Shown here one piece after another: positions 21,374 through 31,018 of a stretch of 64,000 nucleotides of DNA. Source of the stretch: an uncultured Bacteroidaceae bacterium (GTDB taxonomy: Bacteria; CAIWAD01); the NCBI GenBank assembly GCA_964345075.1, contig CAYFPS010000005.1, positions 96,103 to 160,102 of the forward strand. The letters are read 5' to 3'. A program made the position numbers and the translations under genes. Position 1 is the first letter of the stretch; every line of letters starts with the position of its first letter. Below the pieces are notes generated by a model. The model saw nothing but the letters and a program-made list of their open reading frames with translations, had not been told where the DNA came from and did not search any database.

Positions 21374-21617
21374 GTGTCAGGCACGTGCCAGACACGTGTC
21401 TGGCACCCGTTGGACACCCGCCTCGAAGCAACTCCCTTCTGTCAATCAGTCCTGACACTTCAGCAACCGCAGTTCCCGACAGAGTTCCCGATGGCGTTTG
21501 CGAAATCGTCCAAGCCCCATGACACCCCGCGGCTTCACTTGCGGCTTGCAACCGCCTAACGACTAACGCCCGACGACTTTCTGACTGGTACCTGGATACT
21601 TCTTAAGGCTGACGCCT
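21374..21617 (+). repeat. Intergenic repeat element, copy 1 (~240 bp), containing the perfect palindrome GCCAGACACGTGTCTGGC
   Basis: Near-identical to the segments at 22592-22800 and 23735-23958; the palindrome is at 21387-21404. Confidence 0.85.
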
Positions 21618-21714
21618 GACACATTCTTGGCTATTGTCAATTTGCCCCACCTTCGAGATTTCTCTTTGAATTCGAGACTCAGAATGCGATCTTACCAGTA
21701 AGAAGGAGGGGCTA

Positions 21715-21978
21715 ATGAGTACCTTTTCGACTACAAAGCTCTCAACCAAGGGCCAGGTCGTCATTCCTGAAGAAATCCGCGTTCAACTAGGCTTGAAACC
21801 TGGGGCCAAGTTCATCGTGGTTGCTGAGGGCGATGTCGTCGTGCTGAAAACCATCGTCGCTCCAAAGCTGGCAGATTTTGCCTCGCTTGTTGCTCGTGCC
21901 AGATCCGAGGCTGCAGAACTGGGCATGCAAGAGACGGATATAGAAGCCGCCATTCGGGATGCTCGTTCAAAGTCATGA
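21715..21978 (+). CDS. vapB: AbrB/SpoVT-type antitoxin (VapB-like)
   Basis: LSTKGQVVIPEEIR swapped-hairpin motif, and a GAAGGAGGGG RBS. It overlaps the downstream PIN gene by 4 bp. Confidence 0.75.
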   Translation: MSTFSTTKLSTKGQVVIPEEIRVQLGLKPGAKFIVVAEGDVVVLKTIVAPKLADFASLVARARSEAAELGMQETDIEAAIRDARSKS

Positions 21979-22379
21979 AGGTTGTTTTAGACACGAATGT
22001 TCTGATATCCGGCTTGTTTTTCGGTGGGAATCCGGGCAAAATCATCGATCTGTGGGTCAAAGGTGAGGTTGAAGTTCTGGTCACCGAAGCGATACTGCTT
22101 GAATACGAAGCAGTCCTTGATCGGCTGGCTCGAAAATATCCCAAGTCATCGGCCCGGCAGCTATTCCACCTGATTGCACTCAAGGCAACGACCGTCGAGG
22201 GCTACGCCCTGCCACCTGATTCATGTAATGATCCGGATGATGTCAAATTCCTTGAGTGCGCCGTTGGTGGTGGTGCGAGCTTCATCGTCTCCGGGGACAA
22301 GCATCTTCTGGATCTGCACGTCTGGGACACGATTCCGATCCAATCAGCGGCAGTCTTTTTAAAGGAACACTGGAGTTAG
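21975..22379 (+). CDS. vapC: PIN-domain ribonuclease toxin (VapC-like)
   Basis: VVLDTNVLIS, with acidic residues spaced as in PIN domains. Confidence 0.75.
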   Translation: MKVVLDTNVLISGLFFGGNPGKIIDLWVKGEVEVLVTEAILLEYEAVLDRLARKYPKSSARQLFHLIALKATTVEGYALPPDSCNDPDDVKFLECAVGGGASFIVSGDKHLLDLHVWDTIPIQSAAVFLKEHWS

Positions 22380-22591
22380 AATCTCCGCGTCATGCCGATG
22401 TGTCGGCTGAGTGTTACCTATGTTCCCGGTCAGATGTGTAACCTATGTACCCGGTCTGTACTAAGTCGTCAGCAGGCCAGATACCAGTAACGAGTAGCCA
22501 GCTCAGAGCCGACAGGCGTTAGGCGTCAGCAGGCCAGCAAACTTCTGACTTGTATCTGGAAACTGGTAGCTGGAGGCTAGTTGATTGAAAA

Positions 22592-22800
22592 GTGCCAGAC
22601 ACGTGCCAGACGGGTGTCTGGCACCCGTTGGACACCCGCCTCGAAGCAACTCCCTTCTGTCAATCAGTCCTGACACTTCAGCAACCGCTGTTCCCGACAG
22701 AGTTCCCGACTGCCCCCCGCTTCCGCGGGGGTGACGTCGCTGACCGCTAAGGCCTGACGACTTTCTGACTGGCCTGCTGGTACCTGGATACTGGTAACTG
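22592..22800 (+). repeat. Intergenic repeat element, copy 2 (its palindrome has one substitution)
   Basis: It shares the AGTGCCAGACACGTGCCAGAC...CCTGACACTTCAGCAACCGC...GACTTTCTGACTGG segments with copies 1 and 3. Confidence 0.8.
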
Positions 22801-22877
22801 AAACGACTCTCTTGCTGGGAGCTCGTTGCTGGCCCCTGGTAACTGATTCCTGACGCCTCTCCTCTATAAGCTATCTC

Positions 22878-23234
22878 CTACGCCAATCCCAGCACCATCA
22901 CAAGTGCTCGTCTGACCTTGACCATCTCTTCATCAGTCAGCACAGCGAGTGGTCCGTCCACCAGGCGCGAGCGGTCCAGTGTGCGGGGCTGGTCGGCCAG
23001 AATGATGCTGGGTTTCAGCAGTCGGTCTCGGGCGGGCAAGGGCACATGCAGCAATCCATTCGAGCCGGGCTCAACCCTGCTGCTAAGTGGCAGGACGGCA
23101 ATCAGCGGTGTTGCCTCTGGGCCAAGCCAGTCCGCCTGAATGACCAGAGCAGGGCGAATCTTTCCTGTTTCCTGACCGCGGCTGGGATTAAAGTTGGCCA
23201 GCCAGATTTCGCCGCGACGCATCAACTCCACCAC
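22878..23234 (-). CDS. mazF: MazF/PemK-family endoribonuclease toxin
   Basis: RGEIWLANFNPSRGQETGKIRPALVIQ matches the PemK/MazF N-terminal signature. Confidence 0.75.
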   Translation of the reverse strand: MVELMRRGEIWLANFNPSRGQETGKIRPALVIQADWLGPEATPLIAVLPLSSRVEPGSNGLLHVPLPARDRLLKPSIILADQPRTLDRSRLVDGPLAVLTDEEMVKVRRALVMVLGLA

Positions 23235-23482
23235 GGCTCTTCGGTAGTATCAAGACCATCGCCCAGTGCTGCATCAAGCCAATCTTCAGGCCTGTCACCA
23301 GTGTCTTGGGCGTAGCGTGCCTGTGCTTCGGCCAGCATTCCCTGCTGAAGTTCCTGCCTGCGGCTCTCCTTCAAAAACCGGATTAGGGCAAGCCTGATCA
23401 GGGCCGATCGGTTGATTCCCCGCCGGTTTGCCTCTTCATCAAGTAGCTGCTCAAGCTCCTTGTTAAGGCGAAGGGTTAGCAT
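23222..23482 (-). CDS. Ribbon-helix-helix (CopG/MazE-like) antitoxin
   Basis: RGINRSALIRLAL RHH motif. It overlaps the downstream mazF by 13 bp. Confidence 0.65.
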   Translation of the reverse strand: MLTLRLNKELEQLLDEEANRRGINRSALIRLALIRFLKESRRQELQQGMLAEAQARYAQDTGDRPEDWLDAALGDGLDTTEEPWWS

Positions 23483-23734
23483 GGTTCACCTCCTGTCTTG
23501 CCATTTGTAATACTAATTGTAATACAATGCAAGAGGAAGGGTTTTGGGCGTTAGGCGCTCAGGCGTTAGTCGTCAGCAGGCCATTTGTCACCCCCTGTCA
23601 TTCCCTGTCACCCCCGCGAAAGCGGGGGGCAAGCGAGAAGAAAGCAGGTGCCAGTTTCCAGCAACCTGCCTTACTGGCAGCTGGAAGCTGGTAACTGGGG
23701 GCTGAGTGTATCTGTGTTATGATTTCGCATATGA

Positions 23735-23958
23735 AAAGTGCCAGACACGTGCCAGACACGTGTCTGGCACCGAAGGCCCCCGCTGTCAACGAGTCCTGAC
23801 ACTTCAGCAACCGCAGTTCCCGATTGCGTTATTCGAAATCGTCCAAGCCCCATGACACCCCGCGGCTTCACTTGCGGCTTGCAACCGCCTAACGACTAAC
23901 GCCCGACGACTTTCTGACTGGTACCTGGAAGCTGGTAACTGGCTACTTCTTCAGGCTA
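23735..23958 (+). repeat. Intergenic repeat element, copy 3 (perfect palindrome at 23748-23765)
   Basis: Near-identical to copy 1 over about 220 bp. Confidence 0.85.
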
Positions 23959-24025
23959 ACGACTACAATAACGCCCCCCCCACCAGCAGGTGAGAGGGGC
24001 CATGGTGTGTGACTGACGCCGCGAA

Positions 24026-26803
24026 CTATTCTTCGACGTAATCCTGCACCTTGGGTTGGTAGAACTGCAAGAGCACTCCACCCAGGTAGCCGATTGCGCC
24101 GGAGCCGTAATCGAAGTTGGCGTAGTTCGGGGCCTCGCCGCGATGCACCATGTGCAGGGGCATGGCGTTGAAGGCCGTGCGGAAGTTCGTGTAATAGGGA
24201 TTCAAGCCCTGTCCCATGAAGCTTCCTTCGTAAGCCAGACTTTCGGTGTAGCAGCTGATCGGCTTGCGATGCTTCTCCAGAATCGGCTGCCACTCCACAT
24301 CCACCAGCACCGTGTCGCCGGCGGCCCAGTATTCGGCCGGGTCGTTGATACGCTGATGCTCGACATGAATGAAGGTCTTCTCGCGACCGGCTACCGTCAG
24401 CGAGACCACCTCGCGCGGAAGGGCCCACATGGAGTCGGGACGGCTGGCATTGTGCGCGTCAAAGGCGGCCAGAATCTCGGCACCCCAATAGTTCTGGGCA
24501 ACGGTCGGAATGTAGAGCCAGCAACCCGTCGCGCTGGGTTCCGGCGTGTAGGCCGGGAACCAGGGATCCTGGCCCGGATAGTTGACATCATCCGTCGTAT
24601 AGAAGATGGCCGGCAGATCGGTGGCCCGTGCTACTCGATAGAAGTCAAAGGTCGTCTCTTCATCCAGCCCTGTCGAGTAGCTGTCGTAAGTATGAGTAGC
24701 AATCGTACCCAGACCTTCGTTGATGGCAAAGGCTTCCACAAAGACAGCAGCCGAGTCTGGCGGATTCCAGCGGTAGGGGAAAGGCGCGCTCGGCTCGTAG
24801 AAGCTGTTGTAGCCCGTTGTCAAGCGCAGGCTGTCCACCATCGCCCGGTCCATCACCATGCCCGGCGTGCCTTCGTAAATCGGATCTGCGGCAAGACAAC
24901 CGTCCAGACGACCGAAGAAGAAGGTGGTGTTGTCATCACCATAGACGCTGCTGACACCCATGTAACGCTCAAGGAAGTCACCGGCCTTGTCGGCAAGGAA
25001 AGCACCCGTGTCTTCACCATTGGAATAGTTGAAGGTACCGCGCAGGCTGCTGTAACCTGTCCACAGCAGGCTGCCGCCCATGTCCAGATAGTCCATGGCG
25101 AAGGCCTTCCAGGTCAGGCGCACCTGCGTATAACTAGTGCCGGCGCCCGAACCCTGCGCCCACTTGTCATCAATCACGATGACCGTGCGGTACTGGCTGA
25201 TCACGGAGAAAGGCAGGAGATAGGTGTAAGGATCATCCATATCATCCTGATTGGCCTCAATCCACCAGTAACGGCAATTGTAATCTTCAGGCGAGTCGTG
25301 CATCCAGCTGACCTCGTAGGCAGCATCTTCGCCCACCGTGGCCTTGACCTGCGGCATCAGCTCTTCCAGCATGTCCAGATAGTATTCACGGTGATCCTGA
25401 TCCGAGTCGAAACCCAGATTGCTCGCGCCGGGAGGCGTAAGGTTCATCACCAGCAGGTCGCGCTCCATCGTGACTTCCTGCACCTTGAAGCGCATCCATG
25501 CAGGCTCGGCGCAGCGCTCGAGGCCGTCGTCGCGGCTCCAGACCGTCAACTGATAGAAGCCCGTGGGCAGGTTATAAAGCTCGATCTGGTTGAAGCTGGA
25601 CCAGTATTCATCGTTGAATTCCTGGTCTTCAAAATCGACCACATTGTCTTCGGAAAGCGTCACGCGAACACTGTCCATTTCCATGACCTGCGTACCCAGA
25701 TCCGTGTCCTCTGTCTCTGCGGCCATCCACTCATCCACCAGGCTGTCCGGAATGCGGTGCAGCAGATACTGGAACTCAAGCGGAATCGTCACCAGCGCCT
25801 GATCGTCAGGATCGTCGCCGGAAACCAGGAAGCGCAGACCGCTCCAGTTGACCAGCGGATCTTCGTTGATCGGGATCTCATAATAAGGGCTCACATTGGT
25901 GCGCAGCTGATTGACCACGGAAGGATCGGTGAAGATGTCTTCGTAACCGATGATGTGGCGCTGGTACTCACCCGGCTGCGAGACCTGAGCGTAACCATCC
26001 TTGTAGTAGGCGATCTTCGGGCTGTTGGGCGCGCGGTTCGAACGGTTGAAGGTTCGCATGGCCGCGCTGGAAACAGCACCGTCATTGTCAATGGCCTGAA
26101 CAAAGACCACGTGACGCTGAATCCTGCCCAGGCTGGTGGTCAGGTTGATCGAGGTCTGCGTATTGACCGTTTCCGTCCACTGGATGGTCGGGTCGTTCTG
26201 TTCCACGCGCTGAATGAACTCGGAGACTTCGCAGTCCTCCTCGTCACAGGCGAAATCGTAGTAGCGATAGCTTTCCACAAAGCCGTCCGCATCACTGCCG
26301 CGCCAGAAGATCATCGGCGCGTAGGAGAAGACCGGCGTATAGCGGAAGCTGCCGGAAATGCGATAGAGCTTGCCCAGCTCCCAGGCGAAATCGTCCGTGT
26401 GCTGAATCCACAGATAGCGGGCCACATTCGGATCAATTTCATAGGCATCAGCCGGCACCACCGTCTCCGCACCCGTTGCCGGATCGACTTCAACGATCTG
26501 GTTGATGCCTTCTATAAAGAAGTACTGATAGCGGATCAGCTCGTAGCGGGCCAGCAGATTGGCTTCGCTGGGCATGTTCTGGTTTTCGTCCTCCTCAAAG
26601 CCCTGCAGGGAGTCGGGGAAGATGAAGGAGTAGTCGTCGATCTCATAGATCGTCGTGACGCTGTCGGCATCCTGCTGGTTGTTCACGAAGCTCACTGAGG
26701 GAGCCTGGTTTGCAGAAATCTCGCCATCAATCGTGCTGCAGCCCATGGCCAGCAGCAGGGCGAAAACAGCCGTCACGCTGAAGAAGATTCGTGTGCGCTT
26801 CAT
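24026..26803 (-). CDS. Large lipoprotein of unknown function (925 aa)
   Basis: Lipobox LLAMGC. It is the last gene of a tightly packed five-gene minus-strand operon. Confidence 0.55.
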   Translation of the reverse strand: MKRTRIFFSVTAVFALLLAMGCSTIDGEISANQAPSVSFVNNQQDADSVTTIYEIDDYSFIFPDSLQGFEEDENQNMPSEANLLARYELIRYQYFFIEGINQIVEVDPATGAETVVPADAYEIDPNVARYLWIQHTDDFAWELGKLYRISGSFRYTPVFSYAPMIFWRGSDADGFVESYRYYDFACDEEDCEVSEFIQRVEQNDPTIQWTETVNTQTSINLTTSLGRIQRHVVFVQAIDNDGAVSSAAMRTFNRSNRAPNSPKIAYYKDGYAQVSQPGEYQRHIIGYEDIFTDPSVVNQLRTNVSPYYEIPINEDPLVNWSGLRFLVSGDDPDDQALVTIPLEFQYLLHRIPDSLVDEWMAAETEDTDLGTQVMEMDSVRVTLSEDNVVDFEDQEFNDEYWSSFNQIELYNLPTGFYQLTVWSRDDGLERCAEPAWMRFKVQEVTMERDLLVMNLTPPGASNLGFDSDQDHREYYLDMLEELMPQVKATVGEDAAYEVSWMHDSPEDYNCRYWWIEANQDDMDDPYTYLLPFSVISQYRTVIVIDDKWAQGSGAGTSYTQVRLTWKAFAMDYLDMGGSLLWTGYSSLRGTFNYSNGEDTGAFLADKAGDFLERYMGVSSVYGDDNTTFFFGRLDGCLAADPIYEGTPGMVMDRAMVDSLRLTTGYNSFYEPSAPFPYRWNPPDSAAVFVEAFAINEGLGTIATHTYDSYSTGLDEETTFDFYRVARATDLPAIFYTTDDVNYPGQDPWFPAYTPEPSATGCWLYIPTVAQNYWGAEILAAFDAHNASRPDSMWALPREVVSLTVAGREKTFIHVEHQRINDPAEYWAAGDTVLVDVEWQPILEKHRKPISCYTESLAYEGSFMGQGLNPYYTNFRTAFNAMPLHMVHRGEAPNYANFDYGSGAIGYLGGVLLQFYQPKVQDYVEE

Positions 26804-26804
26804 T

Positions 26805-27800
26805 CTAACGGCTCCAGCTGAGGGTGATCATGTTGCGGCCTTCCAGATAGCGCGAAGGTGCGTAGGCATAGTCAAAGACAAAGCTGCCCATGCTGGACTC
26901 GAACTTGAAGCCCGCGCCCACGCCCAGTCCGTCGGAGGAAAGCAGAGGATACTCATAGCCGGCTTCGGGATCGTAATCTTCCCATTCGGTCTCGCTCACG
27001 GCATTCATCTTCTTGCCCATTCGCAGGAAGAAGCGATCGCGGAAGGCGTATTCGAGGCCGACATTGATGAACTCGACATTATCCGAAGGATGACCGAATT
27101 CAAAAGTACCGGTCAGGAAGTGATCGTCGGTCTTGACGCCGTAAAGATCCATCGCCATGCCGAAGCGGAACATGATGGGAATCGGATACTCTTCCTCGAT
27201 GAAGGACATGTCCGGGCCGAAGTTGGAGATGATCATCGCCATGCGCAGGCTGCGCCAGCCGGTATCATAATAGGTACCGACATCGGCCGCCCAACCCGTG
27301 GCGTCGATTTCCATCGTGCTTTCCTGCAGGTACTTCATCGTGATGCCGGCGCTGAACTTGTTGGTCAGGCGGCGGGCATAACTGAAGCCCAGAGCAAAAT
27401 CCTGATAGTCGAACTCGCGACCCGTGCCCATGGGGCGCAGGGGCGTGGTTTCTTCCATCATGCCGGAATTGAGGTAGGTAACGCTGACACCCCAGGCGCT
27501 GCCGTCTTCGGGATTGCCCTTGGCAACACCGATCCACTCCTGATTGATGTCCACCCACATGGCGTGATGACTGAAGGAGGCCTGCCAGCCGTCCAGCAGC
27601 GTCAGGCCCGCCGGGTTGTAGTACAGGGCGCTGGCATCATCGGCCATCGGCAGCATGGCATCGGCCAAAGCCATGCCGCGCGCGCTGACGCCAATCTTGA
27701 GGAACTGGGCGCCCGCCGTTCCTGACTTCACCTGTGCTTCGGCAAGCTGATTCACACCAAGGGCAAGAACCAGAGCCAGCATCCATCGCATTGCTTTCAT
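26805..27800 (-). CDS. PorV/LptO-like (FadL-like) outer-membrane beta-barrel, T9SS-associated
   Basis: Signal peptide plus an N-terminal GTAGAQFLKIGVSARGMALADAMLPMADDASALYYNPAGL signature of the PorV / UPF0164 family. Beta-barrel-like alternating pattern ending ...ITLSWSR. Confidence 0.45.
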   Translation of the reverse strand: MKAMRWMLALVLALGVNQLAEAQVKSGTAGAQFLKIGVSARGMALADAMLPMADDASALYYNPAGLTLLDGWQASFSHHAMWVDINQEWIGVAKGNPEDGSAWGVSVTYLNSGMMEETTPLRPMGTGREFDYQDFALGFSYARRLTNKFSAGITMKYLQESTMEIDATGWAADVGTYYDTGWRSLRMAMIISNFGPDMSFIEEEYPIPIMFRFGMAMDLYGVKTDDHFLTGTFEFGHPSDNVEFINVGLEYAFRDRFFLRMGKKMNAVSETEWEDYDPEAGYEYPLLSSDGLGVGAGFKFESSMGSFVFDYAYAPSRYLEGRNMITLSWSR

Positions 27801-27815
27801 TGTGCTCCTCCTGCC

Positions 27816-30800
27816 CTACTTGATGATCACGAACTTGCCAGTGGAAATGGAACCGGCGCTTCCGCTGGTCCAGTCTTCCACACTGAAGACGTACAGGCCG
27901 CTAGCCGCCTGCTGGAAGTTACGCGTGTTCAGGTCCCAGTGCTCACTGTAGAGCGCCTGCCAGCGGCTGCGATCGCCTTCGAGGTTGTGCGGCAGAATCT
28001 GAACCAGATCACCGGCAACCGTGTAGATGCGAATCACTGCCTGCTCGGGCAGGTTGATGAACTCGATACGGCGATCCTGCTGATCGTACCAGTCGCGGGT
28101 TCCGTCATCCTGGTTTTCCCACTGCAGTCCCTGCTCCGAGTTGCCAAAGTTGTAGGCGTAGGCCTCGTAGTTGGCGTCGGCACGGTAGGGATTAGGCACC
28201 ACGGCCACCTTGCGTCCTGGCACGCCCGACGGGGCCTGACGGATCGCGTTGCAGCTCATGGCCGTTTCCAGCGGCTCGGTACCTGTCTGGTAATCGCCAA
28301 AGTCATAGGCGGAAACGGAATAGTAGCGCGGGAAGAGGCTGTGTACGTCGCGCACGCGGTAGCGGAACTCGACATCGTAATCGCCCTTGTCCCAGACATT
28401 GTTGTACTCGCCGGCGTTGTCGCTTTCGTCCAGGAAGCGCTCGCCCAGAACAATGATGTCGTCGGCGCTGAACAGTCGGCCACTGGCGGGATCGGCCTGA
28501 TTGCCATCCTCGTGGAAGACCTGCGTGCCATCAGCCAGATAGTACTCGTATGTACCGCTCATGCTGCGTACGGCAACGGCCGCGTTGTAAGCGTTGATCT
28601 GGAAGTCGTAGCCACGGCCGCTGCTGACCCAGTAATCCTCGTTGATGTCCAGCAGGATGGCTTCCTGCGGCTCGCCGATCGGTAGGGCAATATCAAGGAA
28701 GCCCGTGTTGTTGCCCACCGGCTGACGCTCGTAACCGAGGTTGGTCTCGCGCATGGGCAGGCTTTCCAGCGGACCGAAGTCCGGCTGGGTGCGCAGCGAG
28801 TTTTCGCCATCGAAGTAGGCGAAGTTGACATTATCGAACTGCTCAAGCAGGGAATATTCGTTGTCCTGGCTCGTGTTCGAAACCCAGATGCGATAGCCTT
28901 CAAAGTCCTGCACCTGGCTGAAAGGATCGCGATAGCTTTCCGCCATGGAATTACGCGTCCAGACCAGCTCGACGAAGTCTTCGCCCGTCTCGATGGTCAG
29001 GTCAGGACAGGGCGGTGGCGGCGGACCCTGGAAGTCGGGAATACCGTCACCCTTGTCGAGGAAGCCATTGTTGTTGAAGTGGCCGACATACCAGTCTTCC
29101 CTGTTGCCTTCGGAGAACTTGGGACCGGCATAAATCAGGAAGCTGTCTTCGCGCATTTCCTGGAAGCCCAGTGTTTCCCAGAGGAAGCCCCAGAGGAAAT
29201 CGTCTTCGTTGAAGCGGCCGCCCCAGACTTCGCTGGAAAGGGTTGAATCGATCAGGCCATTGCCTTCCGTGCCGTCCTCGTCAGGGCCATTGTAGATGGC
29301 GGGCTGACCGTTCGGCAGGTAGACGATCTGTCCGAAATACTCGACCGTATCGCCCACAGCCGGCGCCCAGAGGCCGTCCAGGCCGACATCCTCGCCGCCC
29401 CAGCCGTCACCCTTGTCGTACCAGCCGTCACCGTCGGTGTCGTAGATCGGCGTGTCGTACATCTCGTTGTCATAGACGCGCTGGGCCCAGATGGCGTTGA
29501 AGTCGAAGTCGGTCCAGACAAACTTGTCAGCGTCAATCGCCCCGGCATTCGTGCCCGTAATGTTGGTCTGCGGGTTGCTGCGGTCATGCAGGTTCTCGCC
29601 AGCCACAAAGGCCACCGTCATGGTGAAGCTCTCACCCGGATTCAGGCGGAAAACATTGAAGCCGCTGGCATCGGTGTAGTCAAAGACGCCCAGCGGACCC
29701 CAGGAAAGCAGGTAGCGGGTGTCGTCACCTTCCAGGTTGGGGCTTTCATTGGCACCGGGAGCCAGCCAGCTCATGGAATCCTGCAGGGTGGGGTTCCACT
29801 GCGGGGAGGGCATGTTGCCCGGATCGATCAGGTACATGTCCGGATCGAACTCGCCATTGGCCAGCAGCTGATACTTGTGAAGATCGGCGTCGGGCGTACC
29901 CAGAATCGAGGTCCAGGTCAGGTTCTGGCCACCGATGGTGACTTCCGGATGCTGGCCCCAGTATTCCCAGGCCGGTCCGTAATCCTGATCGGCATTTCCG
30001 TTGGAATTCCACCAGTTGAAGGTGGTGGTCAGCATCGGATTGGGTGCACGCAGGACGCGGGTTCCCACCACATGGGGGCAGGTGAAGTTCGTTCCAACCA
30101 GATCGTTATGCTCGCGGCCGTCGTTGTCGGCAATGTAGGCGGCGTTGATCTGCACCTTCTGGCCGGTCACGGAATCCACGGCAAACTGGCGGAATCCGCA
30201 GAAGTCATCGGTGTGATGATTGTCCTCATCCTTGTGACCAACATCGCCGTCCATGTAAAGGCCGACATAGAGGTTCTTGAGGAACTTGGAGCCGACATTG
30301 GTCAGCTTGTAGTCAACAATGATGAAGTCCTGCGCGTAGCTGTAGGACCAGCTATGGCTGATCTGCTCGATTTCCACACCCAGGCTGATATGGTTGTTAT
30401 CAGGCGCATCGTAGGATTCGTTGACCAGGCCCAGATTTTCCAGCGTGTCCGAGAAGAGCGCGTAAAAGTCCTGCTCGGAGACCGAAAGGCTGTCGTAAAT
30501 ATCCGACAGATCCAGACAGGACTTGGCGTTCAGGCGCGTGGAGGTCTCGATGATCTCGCCATCGACACCGCAGCTCGGGAAAAGCTCGGCGCCGCCGTCC
30601 CAGCCTTCGAAGCCCACGGAAACACGCGGCGTCTCCAGACCGGAATCATCAACAATCAAGGCACCGACCCAGATGGCACCAACAAACAGGTACTGCTGGC
30701 CGGTACCGCCGGGATACTCCATCTGGGGTGCCCAGACACCATCCAGACAAGGATCCACCTGATCGTCGTCATTTCCAACCCATCCCGAGTTGGTGAAGTT

Positions 30801-30983
30801 TGCCCACATCTTGCCAAATCGGTGGACACGATTGAGCTGGTTTGGAATGCAGATATCAACCTGCTGCTCACTGTCCGGGTTCTTGATCGCTTCCTGGGGC
30901 GCGCCAGAGGTAGCGGCCCAGGCACTACTGCTCGCCATGGTGGCCAGCGTAAGCGCGCATAGCAGCTTGCCGGTGTGTTTCAT
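27816..30983 (-). CDS. Large secreted T9SS cargo protein (unknown function)
   Basis: Signal peptide MKHTGKLLCALTLATMASSSAWA. The C-terminus (WDLNTRNFQQAASGLYVFSVED...KFVIIK) is a T9SS CTD. Confidence 0.6.
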   Translation of the reverse strand: MKHTGKLLCALTLATMASSSAWAATSGAPQEAIKNPDSEQQVDICIPNQLNRVHRFGKMWANFTNSGWVGNDDDQVDPCLDGVWAPQMEYPGGTGQQYLFVGAIWVGALIVDDSGLETPRVSVGFEGWDGGAELFPSCGVDGEIIETSTRLNAKSCLDLSDIYDSLSVSEQDFYALFSDTLENLGLVNESYDAPDNNHISLGVEIEQISHSWSYSYAQDFIIVDYKLTNVGSKFLKNLYVGLYMDGDVGHKDEDNHHTDDFCGFRQFAVDSVTGQKVQINAAYIADNDGREHNDLVGTNFTCPHVVGTRVLRAPNPMLTTTFNWWNSNGNADQDYGPAWEYWGQHPEVTIGGQNLTWTSILGTPDADLHKYQLLANGEFDPDMYLIDPGNMPSPQWNPTLQDSMSWLAPGANESPNLEGDDTRYLLSWGPLGVFDYTDASGFNVFRLNPGESFTMTVAFVAGENLHDRSNPQTNITGTNAGAIDADKFVWTDFDFNAIWAQRVYDNEMYDTPIYDTDGDGWYDKGDGWGGEDVGLDGLWAPAVGDTVEYFGQIVYLPNGQPAIYNGPDEDGTEGNGLIDSTLSSEVWGGRFNEDDFLWGFLWETLGFQEMREDSFLIYAGPKFSEGNREDWYVGHFNNNGFLDKGDGIPDFQGPPPPPCPDLTIETGEDFVELVWTRNSMAESYRDPFSQVQDFEGYRIWVSNTSQDNEYSLLEQFDNVNFAYFDGENSLRTQPDFGPLESLPMRETNLGYERQPVGNNTGFLDIALPIGEPQEAILLDINEDYWVSSGRGYDFQINAYNAAVAVRSMSGTYEYYLADGTQVFHEDGNQADPASGRLFSADDIIVLGERFLDESDNAGEYNNVWDKGDYDVEFRYRVRDVHSLFPRYYSVSAYDFGDYQTGTEPLETAMSCNAIRQAPSGVPGRKVAVVPNPYRADANYEAYAYNFGNSEQGLQWENQDDGTRDWYDQQDRRIEFINLPEQAVIRIYTVAGDLVQILPHNLEGDRSRWQALYSEHWDLNTRNFQQAASGLYVFSVEDWTSGSAGSISTGKFVIIK

Positions 30984-31018
30984 ACAGCTACCCTTCATCA
31001 ATTCCAGATCTTGGGCTA

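Noticed and set aside
21387-23765. Sigma-54 (-24/-12) promoter within the TGGCAC-containing palindrome
   Set aside because: TGGCAC is present on both strands of the palindrome. The required GC at -12 (TTGC) is not at the correct spacing in any copy.
21237-23871. Small ORFs inside the 200 bp repeats (21237-21551, 23598-23810, 23671-23871) sharing the peptide ...ARHVSGTCL... / ...TAVAEVSGL...
   Set aside because: The shared peptide is an artefact of translating the repeated DNA. There is no start context, and they overlap the palindrome.
24056-26698. Very long plus-strand ORFs (880 aa; also 31172-33442 at 756 aa, 33728-35593 at 621 aa, and 52261-53490) antisense to the large minus-strand genes
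   Set aside because: These are typical mirror ORFs of high-GC coding DNA, with no signal peptides, RBS or recognisable domains. The minus-strand partners have clear signal peptides, T9SS tails and conserved domains.
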